Shown here: piece by piece, positions 31,418 through 32,000 of the stretch | How the letters are laid out: every line of letters starts with the position of its first letter | Position numbering within the stretch: position 1 is the stretch's first letter | Source: Candidatus Peribacter riflensis | Lineage (GTDB): Bacteria; Patescibacteriota; Gracilibacteria; Peribacterales; Peribacteraceae | DNA: 32,000 nucleotides | Reading direction: 5' to 3' | Assembly (NCBI GenBank): GCA_001430755.1 | Contig: CP013062.1 | Location: 210,001-242,000 of the forward strand | The notes under the pieces: model-generated | Database searches by the model: none | Told to the model about the DNA's origin: nothing | Seen by the model: only the letters and a program-made list of their open reading frames with translations | Program-made: the position numbers and the translations under genes

Positions 31418-31726
31418 ATGGCAAAGACCCGCACGATTGGCGTCCGCTCCCTCCGGGCGAATATGCAGAAGATCCTCAACGAGGCACGGAGGGACAATGT
31501 CCACTTCGTCATCATGCGCTTCGGCGAGCCGGTGGCTCATTTAGTCCCCGTAAAACCGCGAAGGAAGCGGACAATGGAGCAACTGGAAGCGGATATCGCC
31601 GAGGCCCGGAGGCAGATCGCGAGAGGCGAGTGGTACACGACCGAGGAGGTCCGGCAGATGCTCGGACTCCCAGCATCAAAATATCGTCGTCAGCGCATCA
31701 AGACCTCGCGCAGTTACCGCCAATGA
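31418..31726 (+). CDS. Type II antitoxin, Phd/YefM-like N-terminal fold (102 aa)
   Basis: The N-terminus MAKTRTIGVRSLRANMQKILNEARRDNVHFVIMRFGEPVAHLVPV fits the Phd/YefM pattern. It lies immediately upstream of, and overlapping, a RelE/ParE toxin ORF. Start moved to ATG 31418. Confidence 0.7.
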   Translation: MAKTRTIGVRSLRANMQKILNEARRDNVHFVIMRFGEPVAHLVPVKPRRKRTMEQLEADIAEARRQIARGEWYTTEEVRQMLGLPASKYRRQRIKTSRSYRQ

Positions 31727-31929
31727 TCGCTGCGCGCATCCTCGACAAGATGGAGTGGTATGCCGCCCATGTCGATCCGCTGCACTTTGCCAAACCGTTG
31801 CAAGGCAGCCGTCGGGGTTTATTTCGGTTCCGTGTGGGTGATTATCGCATCCTCGTGGATGTGAAGGGCCGTATGCACGTCATCGAAGTCTTTGCCGTCC
31901 GCCACCGCAGAGAGGCCTATCAGTCATAG
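31723..31929 (+). CDS. Type II toxin, RelE/ParE superfamily
   Basis: The C-terminal signature LFRFRVGDYRILVDVKGRMHVIEVFAVRHRREAY is typical of RelE/ParE. ATG 31723 overlaps the antitoxin stop (ATGA). The upstream in-frame sequence (IKISSSAHQDLAQLPP) still looks like the family N-terminus, so the true start may be upstream, for example GTG 31630. Confidence 0.7.
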   Translation: MIAARILDKMEWYAAHVDPLHFAKPLQGSRRGLFRFRVGDYRILVDVKGRMHVIEVFAVRHRREAYQS

Positions 31930-32000
31930 GTCCCTCCCGTTCTTGGCTTCAGCGAAGGCTTTAAGCCTCCCCTTGAGAGAAAAGGCGATTTTTGGTACAA

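Overview
GC-rich (by eye, not computed), tightly packed bacterial chromosomal window on the standard genetic code (TGA, TAA and TAG all act as stops). Housekeeping genes are well supported: family-4 uracil-DNA glycosylase, a PurE-family protein, tRNA-Arg(GCG), tRNA-Ala(GGC), gmk, type-I asparaginase, phosphohexomutase, alpha-glucan phosphorylase, a BI-1/YccA membrane protein, nusB, rnc, rpsJ, tuf, a MutY-like glycosylase and RNase Y. Accessory envelope genes sit between them: two tandem 268-aa proteins, each a signal peptide plus three VirB2/TrbC-like pilin hairpin modules; two adjacent large cysteine-rich modular surface proteins (about 1030 and 2236 aa); a 794-aa protein with three lamin-tail domains and a PKD domain; and a Phd/YefM-RelE/ParE toxin-antitoxin pair. 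Gene content suggests a Patescibacteria/CPR-like organism, but that is inference only. Main second-look items: (1) a family of 7-8-nt-periodic, purine/pyrimidine strand-asymmetric long hairpin elements at gene 3' ends, whose units carry TAA/TAG so that stops fall in all frames on both strands, with several genes terminating inside them and one stop-free copy inside a CDS; (2) a roughly 480-nt ORF-poor, hairpin-dense interval bracketed by a near-consensus minus-strand promoter and an intrinsic terminator, a candidate unclassified ncRNA; (3) the surface-protein island, which includes a 900-bp-spaced intragenic duplication with a 208-bp perfectly identical core; (4) the triple-module pilin-like paralog pair; (5) pyrimidine-rich CCATGG start contexts in place of Shine-Dalgarno motifs; (6) loss of Fe-S ligand cysteines in both DNA glycosylases. 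No CRISPR array, integrase, transposase or rRNA was seen. All homology calls rest on motif recognition from the translated ORFs; no database search was run.
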